Notes: generated by a model not told the origin, from the sequence alone. 64,000 nucleotides of DNA from the human T2T-CHM13v2.0 reference genome, Homo sapiens (GCF_009914755.1 NC_060938.1), one strand, 5' to 3'; positions 32,471 through 47,675 are shown, counted from the stretch's first letter. Numbers and translations are program-made.

Positions 32471-33740
32471 GCAGAACTTTAATTCAAAGGAACTTGAATA
32501 GACAAAAGAAGATGTTTCATGATACACAGCTTGCCTAGAGAAATAAGAGAAAATATGAGCAAGAGAATAAAAAACAAAGTTTTCTTATTTTTTTAAGAAG
32601 GAGCTTGGACCCGTATGAAATAAGATGATATAACCTAGAAAGCATGATCTGACAAAATATTAACCAGCTCAGTTTATTTTATGAGAAAAAAAGCTTTAAA
32701 ATTTAAAAAGAATAATTTTCTTTAGTTTCCAAAGTACTCTGCACAACACTTGAAACAGTATAAATGTCAGATCAATTGCAGTCCCCAGATAATTTTTAAT
32801 TTTAAACATTAAAAAGTGTCTGCTCTTGAAAGTCTTTATCATTTCTAAAATCTTCCTAGCTTCCCTCTTAGGCCAAAGCAGGAGACTAGTATGTGGCATG
32901 CATCCTGTTAGCCATGACTCAAAAACTCCAATACACACTTGTTAAGTTTCAGTTTAACTTAAAATTTCATAGTTTCAAAGGGCAATTTCGTCTTCTGGTT
33001 TTCCAAATAGTATCCAAATATGGCAGAAACAACAGAAATAGCTGAGAAATGCTGATGATAATTTAGCTATACATTTGTTTAAAGTTTGATTTTTTATGAA
33101 TTTCTACTGGATTCGAAGGTTAGACTGAATTAATCGGTGTGGATCGTCAGACTATCTCCATCACACCTGGTCTTGTTATCACAGCACAGTGAGACAAAGG
33201 GATTTTTCACATGCTTCTCTTTCTTTAACAAGTACAACTTAGGTGTGAGATAAATTTTTCTTGCCGCTTACGCCTGGTTGTTCTCCCACCCTGCTCTGTC
33301 CTGCTGGTCCTTCAGCTGCCAAGCATTGGCAAGCTTCAGACCATATTCACCACACTCTAGATTCACTCTAATGAGTTCATCCCTTGGCCTTGATTTCCAC
33401 CAGCAGTAGATCACGGCTTAACATGGCAAATCTTTCACATACGGAAAAAAATCTTTCTTGATAATTCGTGACAGATGAGAACAAAAAATTGTACAATTCA
33501 GGTATATTTAGAAAGTTGAAATCAAATTCATTTTAGAAGTACTCTTAGAGGTAGCTCCTGTGTTTTGTTTGCTTGTTTATTTGTTTGCTTGCTTGCTTGC
33601 TTGCTTTCCTGGGCCAAAGTGAAAAATGTAGTTCAGACCAGACCACTTTTAGGAAGCCATGTAAACTGTTGAAGCAACAGTCATCATCAGCATGGTATAA
33701 AACTAGCTTTTCAAAGATCAGGGTCAGAAGAAAGTCTTGA

Positions 33741-34062
<322 letters not shown>

Positions 34063-34430
34063 TATGTACTTTCAGTAGTGCATAGGATGGTAAACACAGT
34101 CAGCATGGAGCTTATGGAGCCCTGTTCATGCCTCAGGAACTATGAAGGGGATTTTCATATATATCCGCACATATTCCTGGGGATCCTGGAAGGTAACTGT
34201 GATTTGCCCAATGCTGGAAATGAGGATGATGCAGCTTAATTAAGAAACATGCCCATGGTGGCATCATGCTTGAGTGGGCAGCAGAGTTGGAATTGCATCC
34301 CATGCTCATAACCTTAAACCACTCTGCTATGTCACACCCTAGGCTGGAAAGTGGGGGCCCAACTTAGCATGCGGTCTCTCCAGGTCATTAGACACTGCTG
34401 GGACCTATTCGAGTGAATACCAACTCATGG

Positions 34431-34752
34431 TTTTTTTTCTGTTTGTTTGTTTGTTTTTTATTTATTTATTTGAAATGGAGTCTACTCTCTCACCCAAGCT
34501 GGAGTTCAGTGGCACAATCTCGACTCACCGCAACCTCCGCCTCCCAGATTCAAGCGATTCTCCTGCTTCAGCCTCCTGAGTAGCTGGAACTACAGATGGC
34601 AGCCACTACACCTGGCTAATTTTTATATTTTTAATAGAGACGGGGTTTCGCCATGTTGGCCAGGCTAGTCTCGAACTCCTGACCTCAAGTGATCCGCCCG
34701 CCTCAGCCTCCCAAAGTGCTAGGATTACAGGCATGAGCCACTGCACCCGGCC
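34431..34752 (-). mobile_element. AluS (Sx/Sz-like)
   Basis: Antisense Alu; short TSD CAACTCAT. Confidence 0.9.
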
Positions 34753-37648
34753 AACAACTCATTTTAAAGTAGGAATTGAAATGAGCATTCAGACAACAAA
34801 TTTGGCCCATGTTACAGGGAAACTCTGGGGAGCCCACAGATTTTCTGTAATTCTCCTGTCATTCTAAGAACATTTGAAGACAAGAATCCACATACTCACA
34901 TGGACTCCTTTGAAAAAATTACAATGGATTCAAATTGTTGCTGAAAGTTGCTTTGACTAGAACCACTAACTTAGTTATCAGAAGCTGACTTGACTGACCT
35001 ACTGCACCCGACCAGAGCTTCTTCTCTGCTTCAGGGGCTAAGACAATCATGTCAGTGTGCCTTGGCTGCCATTTTTGTGATGGCCACTGCTATCCACTTG
35101 CAGGACAGACTTAAGGAAGCAGACTTCTCTTAAGATGATTAGAGAAAGGGAAAGAGAAGCTTCTTTACCAATCTATGTGTGGTATTTTCTGGAATTAAGG
35201 GCAGAGAAAAGGGAAGCTTATGAAGAAAGTCAGGGCCAGGCTAAAAGACTAGAGATGAAATTCTGAAGAACCGAAATAAAAACTTGTGTGGATGTCTGAA
35301 TCTCACTATTTCTAATCCTCAGGAGTAAAGGCCCTGACTTGCATTTCCTTTATAAAGTGCCATAGAATTTTTATATTTTATTTCACATGGTAAATACTCT
35401 GTAAATATGGTAGAATGAGAAAATGAATAATTTAAAACATTGAAAATAGGGCCTTTGAGAAAACCCTTAAAAGGTTGGATTTGTTTAATAGGAAGAAGCA
35501 AAGGCTGAGAGGTAATTCGTGGTGAAACAAAAATATTAAAAGTTTTAATAATAAGAGTATGTAAATATACTTTCTTTCTGGAATAGCCTAAGTGTAGTTG
35601 TATCTACAAGAAAGAGAGTAAAAAATCTCATCCTTTTCAAAGATGCACATTTATTATTGTCATCAAAACCATTAAGTGTTTTTTGGCATGAGATACTACT
35701 ATATTAGTTGCTATGCGGAGCAATTTGGACCGAAATCCCACATTTCTTTAGGAATTATAGCCTCATTCCTGCAGAGGCTGCTGTAGCACAGTATAACAAA
35801 TGCTTGCTGGTTGATTGATCTCAGAGAAGGGAAAAGAAAAAAAGATACAGCTGAAGATGTATAGGGCTCCAGGCATGAGAAGAGAAATGTGAATAAATAG
35901 ATACTGGAATATTTACATTGAATATGTGGTAAAAGTAATAAGGGAAGGAGTGGGTGATTGATACCCAGCAGAAGCTGTCAAAATACAAAAAAAAGCAAGC
36001 CCACAAACTATAGGGTCACTTGTTTTATAAACCTGTTATTAAATCACACAATAGATATTTCATAAATACCTATTACCCTTACAGAACAAGTAACAAAACA
36101 TAATGAAATCAAGTTATGTCAGGATTTTCCCCATGAAATTAGGTTTCTCAAGGAAAATTATTCAATTCATTTAATGTAACTAAGACATTTATAATAGGAT
36201 TCCACTGTATTGCTTTTCCCATTTTTGACAATGGTTCCATGAAACGGCAACTCACTAAGAATGTGTTCAACAGTGGACTAAGTATTTAAAGCTTTTGGTT
36301 TCAAATTCAACCCATGGCAAGTCCTCTCCGAATATTTCCCTTGCTTTCTCCCCAGAGAGCTCAGGAGAAACAGTAACTAACATAATATATAAATACCAGA
36401 TAACAAAGACATCCAGAAAATCCCTTTGAGGTTACCATCAGTTCTAGAGTGGCTTGCAAAATGCTGCTCAGGGAAAAGTCCAGTGCAGTGGAGGCCACGC
36501 CATACGCGCATTCATTCCATGGTCATTGAAGTCTACGTTTTTGTAATGTGGATTTTAAGCAGGGAGTCAAAAATTCAGTGTCATCCTAAATGTATTGACC
36601 ATCTGTCCTCTAAGTTTTCTGGGAAAGCAGGACCAAAAATCATTTGCATCCTCCCAAGTCTTCCATAGAGCCATAAATACTCAAGAGGCACAGAGACAGG
36701 GAGAGAGGAAGAGATTACTAATCCCATCAACAACTTGCCAGTTTTATTTTTATATTTTAAAAGAATACTTGTTACCCTTGTCTCTGGGCACACATTCAGA
36801 AGAATGGCTTGCCAATAGTTTTTGGTGGTTTCAAGGGAAGGTTTAAGATTTATTAATACAAAGGAAAGCAAGTACAAGCAAAAGACACTCGCATTAACTA
36901 CCTTTATGTGCTTTCTGCAGCCTTGCAGATGACAGGAACATCAATATCCAGTTAACTTTGCAGAGCAGTTAGTTATGTTGTTAAGAGGTTACGAGGAAAA
37001 AAAGTACAGGCTGGCACCAGAGCCAACTGGGAAGTCAGCCTAAGGCCTGCAGGGTATCTGAAGGCGCAAAGCCCCATCGGCACTGGTTGATCCAGTAGCA
37101 AAATGTCAAACTAATTTATATTCAGGCCAGGAGGTTCCATGGACTAAAGAAAAATGAATAAGTAGTATAAGGACACTATTTTTCAAAGCTACATTACCCT
37201 CAAGTGAATTAAAAGTTCATTGGTGAAATCACCAATGCCTCTCAAAAATTTTGACCAAATGTAGTACTTTGGCAGAAAATGACTACAAAGTAAATGCTTT
37301 GGTGGTAAGTCCAAAGGAAGCTGAGTGACTTGGAGATGGTATGGGAGTGTATCCAGAAACAGAGAGCACAAAATGTCTTTGAAAGTCCATGTTTTAATAT
37401 CCTTGTGAATTTGGCATTCTACCTCATAATATTGCCTTGTTTAAAGTGAAAATGAAGCGTATATACTTTCTTTCTGGAATAGCCTAAGTGTAGTTGTGTC
37501 TCAAAGAAAGAAAAGAATGATAGCTCAAAGATGTAAAATGAAATGGCCACAATTTTTTGCTACATGCAGTATTTTTGTATAAGTGAACAACTCTGGCAAA
37601 TGATTAAAAATTAAAGGTTCCATTTCCTATTGAGTTTTATAGTTCAAA

Positions 37649-37917
37649 TGTAATCCCATACTTGAGGAGGCAGGAGAATGACTTAAGACCAGGAGTTTGA
37701 GAACACCCTGGGCACCATGTAACATAGCAAGACCTCATCTCTATTTTTAAAATTTAAAAATTAGCCAGACGTGGTGGTACATGACTGTAGTCCTAGCTAC
37801 TTGGGGTGTTGAGGAGGGAGGATCACTTAAGCCCAGGAGTTTGAGACTGAGTGAGCTATGATTGTGCCACTGCACTCCAGGACGACAGAGCAAGATCCTG
37901 TCTCAAAAAAGAAAAAA
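37649..37917 (+). mobile_element. 5'-truncated AluJ, near-copy of the AluJ at 40705
   Basis: Shares private variants with 40728-41013 (see findings). Confidence 0.88.
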
Positions 37918-38674
37918 GGGGGCCAGGGGGTTTTGTTGGGAGTTGATGTGCAGGAAGACACATTCCTTCTCTGTGCCTCACTGCTCAAACCCACTTGGAG
38001 AAGCCTGGCTGTGATGGGAAGGCACACATTGACAATCACCATAAGTTTCTTTGCCGTGATTCTCTTTAAGCCATTCCACACTCCAATTCTGTGAGAAAAA
38101 ACTCATAAGCTCTCATCCAAACCAAACTCCACTGTCAACAGACCTATACAACCAGTTATGTTAAGGACGGTAGTTCAAAGATGTAAAATGAAATGCCACA
38201 ATTTTTTGCTATGTGCAGTATTTTTATATAAATGAAAAACTGGCAAGTGATTAAAAATTAAAGGTTCCATTTCCTATTGAATTTTACAGTTCAGATCAAT
38301 ATGTTGTGTCATCCACATCCCCAAATACAAGGAACCCACTGGATTCCAAGGGGCATGACAATGCATATTGTAGGCATAGGAAAGTGGACAAGCGGTACTT
38401 GCACCTTCTCATAACTTTTTAAATTGAAATAAAAAACAAATTGAAGAAAATTTCAAAGGGAAAAAAGTGATAAAATATACCTTCAGGTTCTCTCTAGCCC
38501 CAATCTGAACAAGCTCTTTTAAAAGCCAAAGGGAAAACAAGTATTTTTCCTCATCTGTCTTGAGGTAACCCAGCTGGTGTCATTATTAACTGGTGTTTCA
38601 GTTGGAGTGAAGAACCAAAACTAGCTGCTCCTATTCCCATGCTGTTTGGAATGGCATAAGGATATAAAACTTGA

Positions 38675-39014
<340 letters not shown>

Positions 39015-39468
39015 TAACCCCATGACCAACACCATATTTTAAGTCTAAACGGCAAGGACATCCTAAAAAGCATTGCCATGAAACAACTCCTCAGAGAGTG
39101 AGGAAGGCTTAACTCATGACTCCTTTAAACACGTTATGCGTAATACAACAATAGCAGTAACTACTCTGGAATGGTGAACTTTTTTTTTAATTGGGCTATG
39201 AGAGGTCATACACTCTCTTCCAAGGCAAGCAGCAGTCATTTGCGTAATTGTGCAAAAGGCACTCTTTCTGATGTGATGCCAAAAGATTGACATGATGAAA
39301 AGCATACTTTATAGATGACCTTCTATAACTGACTAACATCAATTGATTAACAGTACATATTCCTACTCAGAACATGTACGACATTCATTTCTGAAACAGA
39401 TGATTCTATTTACTTCTCATCTTCAGTCTTATTAGTTCCAACACAGGGATGATAGAGCTTCGACTTCA

Positions 39469-39956
<488 letters not shown>

Positions 39957-40704
39957 TCATCTTTGAAAATTAGTAATGGCTACCATTTTTAAACACCCAT
40001 CAAATCTCAAGCATTACATTAGTGATATTTAGACACATTATCTCTAATCCTTGCAAGAATAACACAAAAGTATTAAGATACCAATTTCAAAAACAAGAAA
40101 ACTGAGACTGAAATACATTAAATAATTTGCCCAAGGTCATAGAACTACTTAAAAATTAATTTTCAACAAATAAATAAAGGAGTTCTCAGGTAGGCAAAGG
40201 CTTAGTTTTGATGTCATTATTCTTGTCTCTGATTGTGTCCACTCACACATGGGTATTTGTGTGTACACACGTGTGTTCACACACTCCAAAAGCAGCACAG
40301 CATATTGAAAACTGTATGAGCTTTGGAGTTCAACAAACATGAATTTACACACAGTGTCCAGGGCTTGCTGGCTATATGACCCTCTCTGCATATCACTGTC
40401 TTTAACTGTAGAAGTTGCTGAATAACTAAAATCCAAACATTCCCTCATCCTCAATCATATATTTGGAAATATTAAACCCAAAGTGTTTCCATCTTGTTCT
40501 AAAAAACTCTGTAAGCATCAGGGTACTGAAGCAACTTCAACTCTTTCAGTGCTGTTGTGTCTGAGCATTACTACATTTTAGTTATCACATACAAACTCAT
40601 AATAGAAAAGATGTTCAAGATTGTCTTGCTTCATTAAAAAAAAAAGGCAGAAAACACAACTGACTACATCAATACACAGGGTATACTATTTAAAAAATTC
40701 TCTT

Positions 40705-41009
40705 GGCCGGGTGCACTGGCTCACACCTGTAATCCCATACTTTAGGAGGCTGAGGAGGCAGGAGAATGACTTGAGGCCAGGAGTTTGAGACCACCATGGA
40801 CACCATGCAACATAGCAAGACCCCATCTCTATTAAAAATTTAAAAATTAGCCAGACATGGTGATACATGACTGTAATCCTAGCTACCTGGCAGGGGGCTG
40901 AGGAGGGAGGATCACTTAAGCCCAGGAGTTTGAGACCGCAGTGAGCTATGATTGTGCCACTGTACTCCAGGATGACAGAGCAAGACCCTGTCTCAAAAAA
41001 AGAAAAAAA
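40705..41009 (+). mobile_element. AluJ (full length)
   Basis: ggccgggtgca...A tail; preceded by a TTAAAAA-type site. Confidence 0.9.
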
Positions 41010-43101
41010 GGGGAGTGGAGGGGTTATAACTGTACAAATCTGATCTTAGACCAATGTATAAATCTGGAACTATGATCTCTTTGTTGGTAAATGCTTACAA
41101 ACTGAAGGGTCTGGGACACTGCAAAAATCCTTAACTAACCATGGATGCTACTCGATAGAAGACGTCCACAGGTGCAGTGGCCCAGGCCATCAGAGTCATC
41201 AGAAGAAGGGGGTGATTAGAGCCCAAGCTTTGAATTCACACAGACCTGAATTCTAATCCTGGCTCTGTCACCTATTAATCAGGTAATGGATGTTATTATT
41301 AGATGATTTATGACCTTGTCATAAACCCAAAGGAGACTCCATAGTGCAAGGATTCCTGGTGTTTCAAAGACCCGGCTTAGGAGTCTCCTGATTCCCCTCC
41401 TCCACCCCAGCTGTCTCCTGGCAACAACCCAGGTTGCTGGGCCAAGCTCCAGAGAAGGGCACAACCCCATGTCTGGTTCCCATCACCTTCTTAACTACTC
41501 ACTTTCTCCCTCCTCTCTCTCACATCCTCTCTACTCACCACTCATTTCTAACCCACTACCTTTCACTACAGTCTTGGAAATATTTCTCTCTTAATCTCAG
41601 GCAATTTCTTTTCCCTCCCATTTCATGTATAAGTAAACAGCACAACCTACAACAAAAACAAAGATAAAAATTAAAAGTCTAGAGTGTTCAGGGAAATTGG
41701 GCTTAATAATAATAAGCATCCAGAGGTTTTCTTCGGAATCTCTATAAAAACCACATCGTAGGTAAAGCCTGGACTTTGAAACCAGACAAACTGGTGTTCT
41801 ATTCTCAGCTCCAACTCTTACCACTACTGTGTTCTTGGAAAAATTACAAAACCTGAGACTCTTTTTTTCCTGTACTATTAAAGTAAGAAATTAATGAGAT
41901 AATTCACATAAAGCACTTGGTACAGTGCCTACAAGGTAAGCATGCCATGAACATTAGCTATTATTCATATGATTCTCTCTCTCCTCCTATTTCTTGCACC
42001 TTGTTTTTCTTTGACCACTAGGATTGAAAATAAAATTTTCACAATTTTTTCAAGGTAACAGTATGTAGAGTAAGAAAACCTTCTGTTTTGCTATATATTT
42101 ATAAGAAGTCAGCTTTACTGTGCACTATTGTGAGCCAGCCTAGGAATCTAAACGTAGAAGTGACGAGGAATGGAGGGTGGGCAGCTAAATATATTCCAGG
42201 TTCCAAATTCAGCTTGACAAACTAGATCACAACCTGTTTACAGGTTTATGAGAGGGGGCTTCAGAGTCAGCCCTTAGTGGAAATAGGGCTTTAATTCATT
42301 AATTCATTAATCCATTTTAACTGTTCCCCACATTCTTACCCAGCTCCATTTTACAGATTTTGAGACAGAACTGGAAGGGGATTCAGAACAAGTCTGGAAT
42401 CAGAAAGACATGGAGCTAGGCTGGGAGGCTTCTAGGAGAGAAAGGAATCTTGGCCTTGATCTTGGGTGAAGAATGAAGAATGGAGTAGCCAGAGCAAAGA
42501 CTAAGAAAAAGTTGGTAGAATTGTGTTGAAATAATACACAAGTTTTCTCAGTGTAAACAGTAAGTAGTATGTGGGCTCTTTTGACCCTCAACAAGTCCCT
42601 TAAGCAATGAACTTGGAAGAACAGCCTTCTAGAACAGCACCTCCAGTGGTGTTTCCCTGCTCACCAAATGTATCTGAGCTTTCAAAGCATGGAATTTGAA
42701 ATTAAAACCTTTCTTTTCAGGCTACCCTCTTTTCATCATTCTTCCATTTCTACTTTTCTCTTTCCTGTAGCCCTACAATCTAGTGTGTTCTAGTGAGTAG
42801 GTGAAAAAAAATATACAGAAAAAATAAAGAAACTATAATCTTAGAAGAAATGATGGACATTTTCATTGTAAATTCTCTTGGAAGAGACTACTAAGTTTCT
42901 ATTAACAAATGCAAACTATCCTTATTCCCACTTATGAAAGTAAATTGTCTCCTTCTCATATTTGAATGTGCCCTTGGGTAGAATAATGATAGGGGCATCA
43001 TCATGGCTTTTGGTAGGATCTGTTTTGCCTTCTTCTCACCTATTGGTTATGTGTGAAATAAGATAAATTCCTCATATAATGTATAGCCCCTAATCAAGTA
43101 T

Positions 43102-43464
43102 TGTATTAGTCTGTTTTCATGCTGCTAATAAAGACATACCCAAGACTGGGTAATTTAAAAAGAAAAAGAGGTTTAATGGACTCACCGTTCCACTAACCGG
43201 GGAGGCCTCACAATCATGGCAGAAGGCAAAGGGCATGTTTTACATGGCAGCAGGCAAGACAGAGAATAAGAGCCAAGTGAAAAGGGAAACGCCTTATAAA
43301 ACCATCAGATCTCATGAGACTTATTCACTACCATGAAAACAGTATGGGGGAAACTGCCCCCATAAATCAATTATCACCCACTGGGTCCCTCTCACAACAT
43401 GTGGGAATTGTGGGAGCTACAGTTCAAGATGAGATTTGGGTGGGGACACGGCCAAACCATATTA
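43102..43464 (-). mobile_element. THE1 solo LTR
   Basis: tgtattagtctgttttcatgctgct...ccaaaccatatta; TSD AGTAT at 43097-43101 and 43465-43469. Confidence 0.93.
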
Positions 43465-45074
43465 AGTATCATATTAATAAATTAAGATATGGATCTTTGA
43501 CTAGGTGTGTTAGTCTTGAGTAGTGTATCAAAACATATACATATTTTCTTTTATAATACAGTAATTCTATAAATTCAAATGGGGGCAAAATTTTGATAAT
43601 TTATGTCAAGGCAAATGCAACTAAAAGAAGTGGAACATTTGTAGAGCTAAAGAAATAATAAAATACTCAAGTTTTGGAACTCCTTGACTTACATGCCTTA
43701 AATCTGAGTCAGACTTCCCTAGATACCAGTGTTATGGAAAAAAGAATTTGCTCCCTCCCATCCATTCCACTGCCAGATTTATTATTTATTATAGCTCTTT
43801 TCCATTTTAGCTCCCTTTGTCATTCTAAGGTATCCAGAAGGGAATTCCATATTTTACTATTTCGAGTAGATTTCAGAGACAGAAAAAATGATGGGAATTT
43901 GGCCCTTAATAGAATGGTCTTTTCTTCTGCAATTATATAAACTCAATACTGATTTATATTTCCTAACATTGCTGTCTTTCCTCTGTTTACCATTCATTTA
44001 TTTAACAAACATTTATTGGCATGGTGGAGCCACAGAATGAACAAGGCAGACACAGTCCCTTTAACACTACAAGTTACAGGGTTAGTCCTAGCTTCAGATG
44101 AAGCTTTAAACATCACTCATATGACATCTTTCAGCCCTGCCTTCTCAGGGTTGCTTCCATTCTCAGATAGATTTCTTTTCACAGTTCCCAGATGGCTCCC
44201 AGCAGCTCCTGGAGCTGCCTCCTTACTTATGCACTACTAGTCAGAAAGAGGAACCATTCCCCACTTCCCCCGCATCTCCACCCTCACTCAAAGAAAGGAC
44301 CTAGACTTGAGTATTGTTGGTCCCAATTGGTCTGACTCAGGTCATGTACCAGTGCCTAAGCAATCAATGTGATCAAGGACATGGGATATACAACAGGTTT
44401 AAACTCATCAGAGCCCATTCTTGCAAACAGTCAGAGCCCACTGCATATGGCTGAGAAGCTCAGGGCACTTCTAGGAAAGAAAAGAAGGCATGAAATTGAT
44501 GCTGGAAGGAACAAGACATGTCCACTGAAGTCCCTGTCCTTACAGAGCAAAAAGCTTCTAAAGAGTTGGCAGAATAATGGGAACTCACCAACCCTACACA
44601 CACATGAATCATTTCTGATAGATGAGGGCTAACAAGTGCATAGTCTTGGGAATCTTCCCACAGCAACAGGATGCAGTCCAAGTGTTCTGTTAAAAACTAC
44701 CACCGAGCAGCCAGCATATGCTCAACACTGCTGGCCTCTGGCAGTGATTTAGAGGTGAAACCTTTTGTGTCCAATTAGTCTACGCCTTGACTCATGCAGT
44801 GCCTAAGAATTCACCTTTATTTATGAAGTTCAGGGTCTCAGATAAATTTGACAAGAGCTGCTGAAAGTTCAAGTGTTTGCAAGGATATTAGTTTTCTCAT
44901 TTAATCATAATTTAATTTTGATTAACAAGTGGACCTAGTTAGAGAAAACTGAAAATAGCTCCATTTGAACCTCATGTTAGTAGAAATATTCCTTCTCAAT
45001 CTTGTTTTCCACCTTGAATGCTGGATTTATTTCTAAGCTTATATGTTATACCTCATCAATCTAATGCTCTAAGT

Positions 45075-45213
45075 CAGTGGTTCTCATCCTCGGCCACTTG
45101 GGGAGCTTTAAGAAATATGAATACCTAGGTCTCAACCCCAAAACATCAATGCCTGGATATCGATAGATTCTGTTGTAATTGGTCCAGGGTGCAACCAAGG
45201 TTAAGAACCACTG
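45075..45213. mobile_element. MER5-type hAT MITE
   Basis: TIRs CAGTGGTTCT...AGAACCACTG; 8-bp TSD ctctaagt/ctcttagt (7/8 match). Confidence 0.85.
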
Positions 45214-45572
45214 CTCTTAGTAGAACCACGTTAGAGACAAAGATAATGTCTCCTAGGAAGCATGTCAAATTTGCACAAGCAACAAATTTAAATGCTGTAG
45301 CCAGTTAGGAAACAGTTAAAGTTGACCCAGGATTAAATCAAATTTGGAAATAGGGGGAAATGTTCTCCACATGGACAGCAAGTCACCCATTTGTGCATGC
45401 TTTTGCCCCAGCTAGACACATCTCCCACATCTCTACTGCTACCACCTGGTCTAAGCTACCATCATCTTTTCCCTGGGCCACTGTAATATGCTCCCAAGCT
45501 ATAAAATATAAAAGCTCTGCAGGCCATTATCTGCTTACTCCCCTCATTCACTACACTCCAGCCATATTGACC

Positions 45573-45880
45573 TTTCTTTTTGTTTGTTTGTTTTGTTTTG
45601 TTTGAGACAGGGCCTCACTCTGTCATCCAGGCTGGAGTACAGTGGCCCGAACATGGCTCACTGCAGCCTTAACCACCCAGGCTCAAGTGATCCTCCCACC
45701 TCCTGAGCAGCTGGAACTACAGGTACATGCCACCACGCCCTGCTAATCTTTGTAATTTTTGTAGAGATAGGGTTTTGCCATGTTGCCCAAGCTGGTCTCA
45801 AACTCTTAGGCTCAAGCGATCTGCCCACCTTGGCCTCCCCAAAGTGCTGGGATTACAAGCGTGAGCTACTGCGCCTGGCC
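45573..45880 (-). mobile_element. AluJ
   Basis: Antisense diverged Alu with (TTTG)n tail. Confidence 0.88.
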
Positions 45881-46091
45881 TCACATCTTTCCCATCTCAG
45901 GACCTCTGTATGTGTTTTTTCCTCTGCCTAGAATGTCCCCCCATACACACACACACAAATACACCAGGACTTTTTTCCACTATGCACACAAACACTGTGC
46001 TTGCACACTCAACTTACTGCTCAGGGCTCAGTTTCAATGTCACTTCTTCAAAGGGGTTGTCCCTGACCCCTAATCTAAAGTGAGCCTCTAG

Positions 46092-46400
46092 AGGCTGGGT
46101 GCGGTGGCTCACACCTGTAATTCCAGCACTTTGGGAGACCAAGGTAGGCAGATCACTTGAGGTCAGGAGTTCCAGATCAGCCTCGCCAATATGGAGAAAC
46201 CCCATCTCTACCAAAAATACAAAAAATTAGCTGGGCGTGATGGCAGGTGCCTGTAATCCCAGCTACTTAGGAGGCTCAGGCAGAAGAATCGCTTGAACCT
46301 GAGAGGGAGTGGCTGCAGTGAGCCAAGATTTCACCATTGCACTCCAGCCTGGGCAACAAGTGAAACTCCGTCTCAAAAATAAATAATTAATTAATTAATT
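46092..46400 (+). mobile_element. AluS
   Basis: Full Alu; tail decayed to (TAAT)n; TGAGCCTC on both flanks. Confidence 0.9.
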
Positions 46401-47099
46401 TAAAAAATTAAAAAGTTAAAAAAATCAACTGAGCCTCCTGTTTTACATTCCCCTTGAGTCCTGTTTTATATTTTCCTAGCAAGGGGTTATTTGTACAGTA
46501 TCTGGCTCCCCTTCCAAACTATAAGCTCCCTGAAGGCAAGGATAATTCTGTTTTCTTCACCCATGGATGCCCTAGCACCCAGCTTTGCCCCTGGTCCATA
46601 GTAGATTCTCAATACATAATTATTAAGTGTAAAGAAAAGAAGTATGTTTTATTGTACCACTTCCTTAAACTGAAGGACATTGTAAGAAATGGCTTCTGAA
46701 GTATATAGCCATAGTTACTCAAGATCACATTTAGAACCTTGTTCACTACATTATTGTAAGTCTTCTCTTTACAAAAACCCATAGAAAAGAATTTTTCACA
46801 GTCTCAATTCTAGAAATAGTGTTTTTCCTGAGAGAGGAACACAAGCCTAAGCTTCAACAAGCTCTCTGCAGACAAACCCAAAGAGAAAGGGGAAGGTGCT
46901 GAGCAATGCATACCCAGTTACTGCTCCCAGATTTACCAATCAGATGATTCTCTCACTCCACTGGGGGCATTCAAGCCAAGTGTGTTGACCCTAAGTGATT
47001 TCCGTCACATGGAAATATTACGTCAAGGGAAAGGAGGTCCTCTCTCCCAAACATCATTGACTTAATAACATTTATTTAGTAAGTATTTTATAAGATAAA

Positions 47100-47675
47100 G
47101 TCTCTATTCATTTTCTACTGCTTCTGTAACAAATTACCACAACTTATTATTATCTTATAATTTTGGAGGTCAAAAGTCCAAAATGTCACAGTGGGTCACG
47201 CCTGTAATCCCAGCACTTTGGGAGGCCGAGGCAGGCTGATCACTTGAGGCCAAGAGTTCAAAACCAGCCTGGTCATCATGGCAAAATCCCATCTCTACTA
47301 AAAATACAAAACTTAGCCGGGCTTGGTGGTGCACGAGAATCACCCGAACCCAGGAGGCAGAGGTTGCAGTGAGCCGAGATCACGCCACTGTACTCCAGCC
47401 TGGGCAACAGAGAGAAACTCTGTCTCAAAAATAAATAAATAAATAGAGTCCAAAATGTGTTTCACTAGACTCAAATCAAGGAGCCAGCAGACCTGCATTC
47501 CTACAGGCTCCAGGGGAGAATTCATTCCTTGCCTTTCCCAGTGTCTAGAGGCTGCCTGGCTCATGAGCCCTTCCACAGCACCTCAACCTCTGCTTCTATT
47601 CTGACATCATCTTCTCTGACAGGTTCCAGGAACTAGGATGTGGGCATCTTTGGGGGACCATTATTCCACCTACAA
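47100..47675 (-). mobile_element. MLT1A/B-like LTR interrupted by an Alu
   Basis: ctgtaacaaattaccaca...ggaggtcaaaagtccaaaatg, resuming ...ggctccaggggagaattcattccttgcc. Confidence 0.75.
47187..47444 (+). mobile_element. AluS with internal deletion
   Basis: TSD AGTCCAAAATGT at 47175-47186 and 47447-47458; right arm jumps from gtgcacg to agaatc. Confidence 0.88.
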
